From positions 33,110,001 to 33,174,000 of the forward strand of contig NC_087251.1 in assembly GCF_037042905.1 (NCBI RefSeq): DNA of 64,000 bases. The letters are read 5' to 3'. The notes beneath the pieces were generated by a model that saw nothing but the letters and a program-made list of their open reading frames with translations, made no database searches and had not been told where the DNA came from. Below, piece by piece: positions 62,373-64,000 of this stretch; position 1 is the stretch's first letter; each line of letters starts with the position of its first letter. The DNA comes from Lytechinus pictus (lineage: Eukaryota). Position numbers and translations under genes: made by a program.

Positions 62373-62552
62373 TAGGGGCGGATCCAGGATTTTCCAAAAG
62401 GTGGGGACAGTTTCCCCGAGGAAAATTTGACAACCAAAATAAAAAAAAGGTCCTCACTTGTGTCCACAGTTCCATTAAAAATATGTGCTGTGACTTTCAA
62501 AGGGGGAGGGGGGCATGGGCCGGATGTGCCCCCCCCCCTGGATCCGCCACTG
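62373..62552. mobile_element. 180-bp hAT-type MITE
   Basis: TAGGGGCGGATCCAGG / CCTGGATCCGCCACTG; 8-bp TSD TGTTAATG/AGTTAATG. Confidence 0.85.
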
Positions 62553-63557
62553 AGTTAATGTTACACAAACACTTACACAAACACAAAGGGACCGTTTCAT
62601 AAAGAATTACAAATATGGCAACCAAACTTTTACATTATTTCATTTACCATAATCTATCATAATCTTCGAGTTAATACACATATTTTCAAATCTATTTTCG
62701 ATGAAATTAATTATAATGTAAATTATTGAAAAGGGTCTTTTGAAATGGATATTAATGCAACCCTTGTAGGATTACAACATTATTAACATCTGGTTTCATT
62801 CATTTCAGTCATGCCTTACTTTGGCGCAAATCACTAAATAGAATACCTTCTGCTCATCCAAGCGTTAACACATACTACATCCGGGAGTCTATATCCTCAG
62901 CTCTGCTTTTCCCTTTTTTGTGCTCGATTCGATTCAATTACTACTTTATTTACATTTTAGTGACCATTGTTAAATGTCTTGTATTGTATAATGAGTGCTT
63001 TTATTCTTAAGGTTGCCTCTTATTCTCTTTCCAATTTCCACCTCTTGCTTTTCCTTCTCTTTTGTCTTATCCCTATTTCCCTTTTCTTATCTTTTTCCTC
63101 TCTCTCCTCTTTCTTCCTAATCTTTCACTCCCCCTATTCTTCATTGGTGACACTTTGTAGTAATTATGTTATGGCCTTTGGTATTTCAGGCCTGGGTATT
63201 TACTTATGATATATTTCTTTTTCATCTGTTTTAATCTGTAGTGTATTTAATATTTATTTATAATGTTTACTTTATATTTTGTTATGTTTCTATTTGTACA
63301 TGTAAACATTCACTCATTTCAGTCTTTGACTGCTTGTGATTGTATTTTGATAGTTTTTATTGCAATAAAATCCAACATATATATACATGAATATGGTATC
63401 AATTTTTTTGGCAGAAGATACTCTTTCCAGTCATATATAATGATTATTCGTTCATGTGTCCACGACATATCTTATCCTTAAATTGGGGGTTTGTGAGGTA
63501 TCTTTTTTTTTACTCACATGGTATTGGAAAACCGTACTGAAACAGGTTCCACAAGTG

Positions 63558-64000
63558 CAATGGCGTAGCTATGATTTTTTTTCCTGGGGGGCACTGGGGG
63601 TCTTTGCCTTTTCAGGGGGGGGGGCAACATTTTGTTTCTGTGTGGGTGTATGTGTCACAAGGGCGGATCTGACTTTCGCCAATAGGGGGTGGGGCCCAAA
63701 ATTATCTTCACCTATATTTTCCCCGATCAGTCACTTCTTATCTTTATTCTTATAAAACAACATAATTATAAAATAATCTCATAAGCCCTATATAAAAAAA
63801 GTGCGAGCGCGAAGCGCAAGCAAATCATTTCATCTTTCATGTATTTTGTCCTGAAAATTGAACATTCTGGGCAGAAATTTTTAATAAATGTTCTAGCATG
63901 ATCGGAAAGGGACCTGTTAAGCTGTTTACAGCTACCCACGAATGCGATACATATTTCAATAATGGGAGCGCGAAGCGCGAGCTAAAACTTTTTGATATTC
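63558..64000. mobile_element. hAT-type MITE running off the window
   Basis: Starts CAATGGCGTAGC; contains GAGCGCGAAGCGCGAGC motifs shared with the other MITEs. Confidence 0.6.

Overview
AT-rich animal genomic DNA; the repeat families and MITE motifs suggest an echinoderm such as a sea urchin (inference only). The only host gene is a 4-exon SLC16/monocarboxylate-transporter-like MFS gene on + (CDS 18573-18768, 34593-34742, 41462-42499, 44186-44316; 504 aa; three phase-1 GT-AG introns). The last intron and last exon of a near-identical upstream tandem paralogue occupy 1-1510. Most of the rest is transposable-element derived and heavily nested. It includes a full-length decayed Ty3/gypsy element (2685-18237, minus strand, GTTA target duplication) with a -1 frameshift slippery site plus pseudoknot and a TAG..CTA foldback (Academ-like) insertion in each LTR. 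It also includes an Academ > hAT-MITE > HERO-type retrotransposon > Kolobok stack in intron 1, a solo LTR, two near full-length CR1-group LINEs, L1/RTE/L2 fragments, many MITEs, a tRNA-like unit with a TCA anticodon, and a frame-preserving 39-bp minisatellite encoding an acidic His-containing repeat. I found no CRISPR, rRNA or prokaryotic system. All boundaries and alignments were read by eye.
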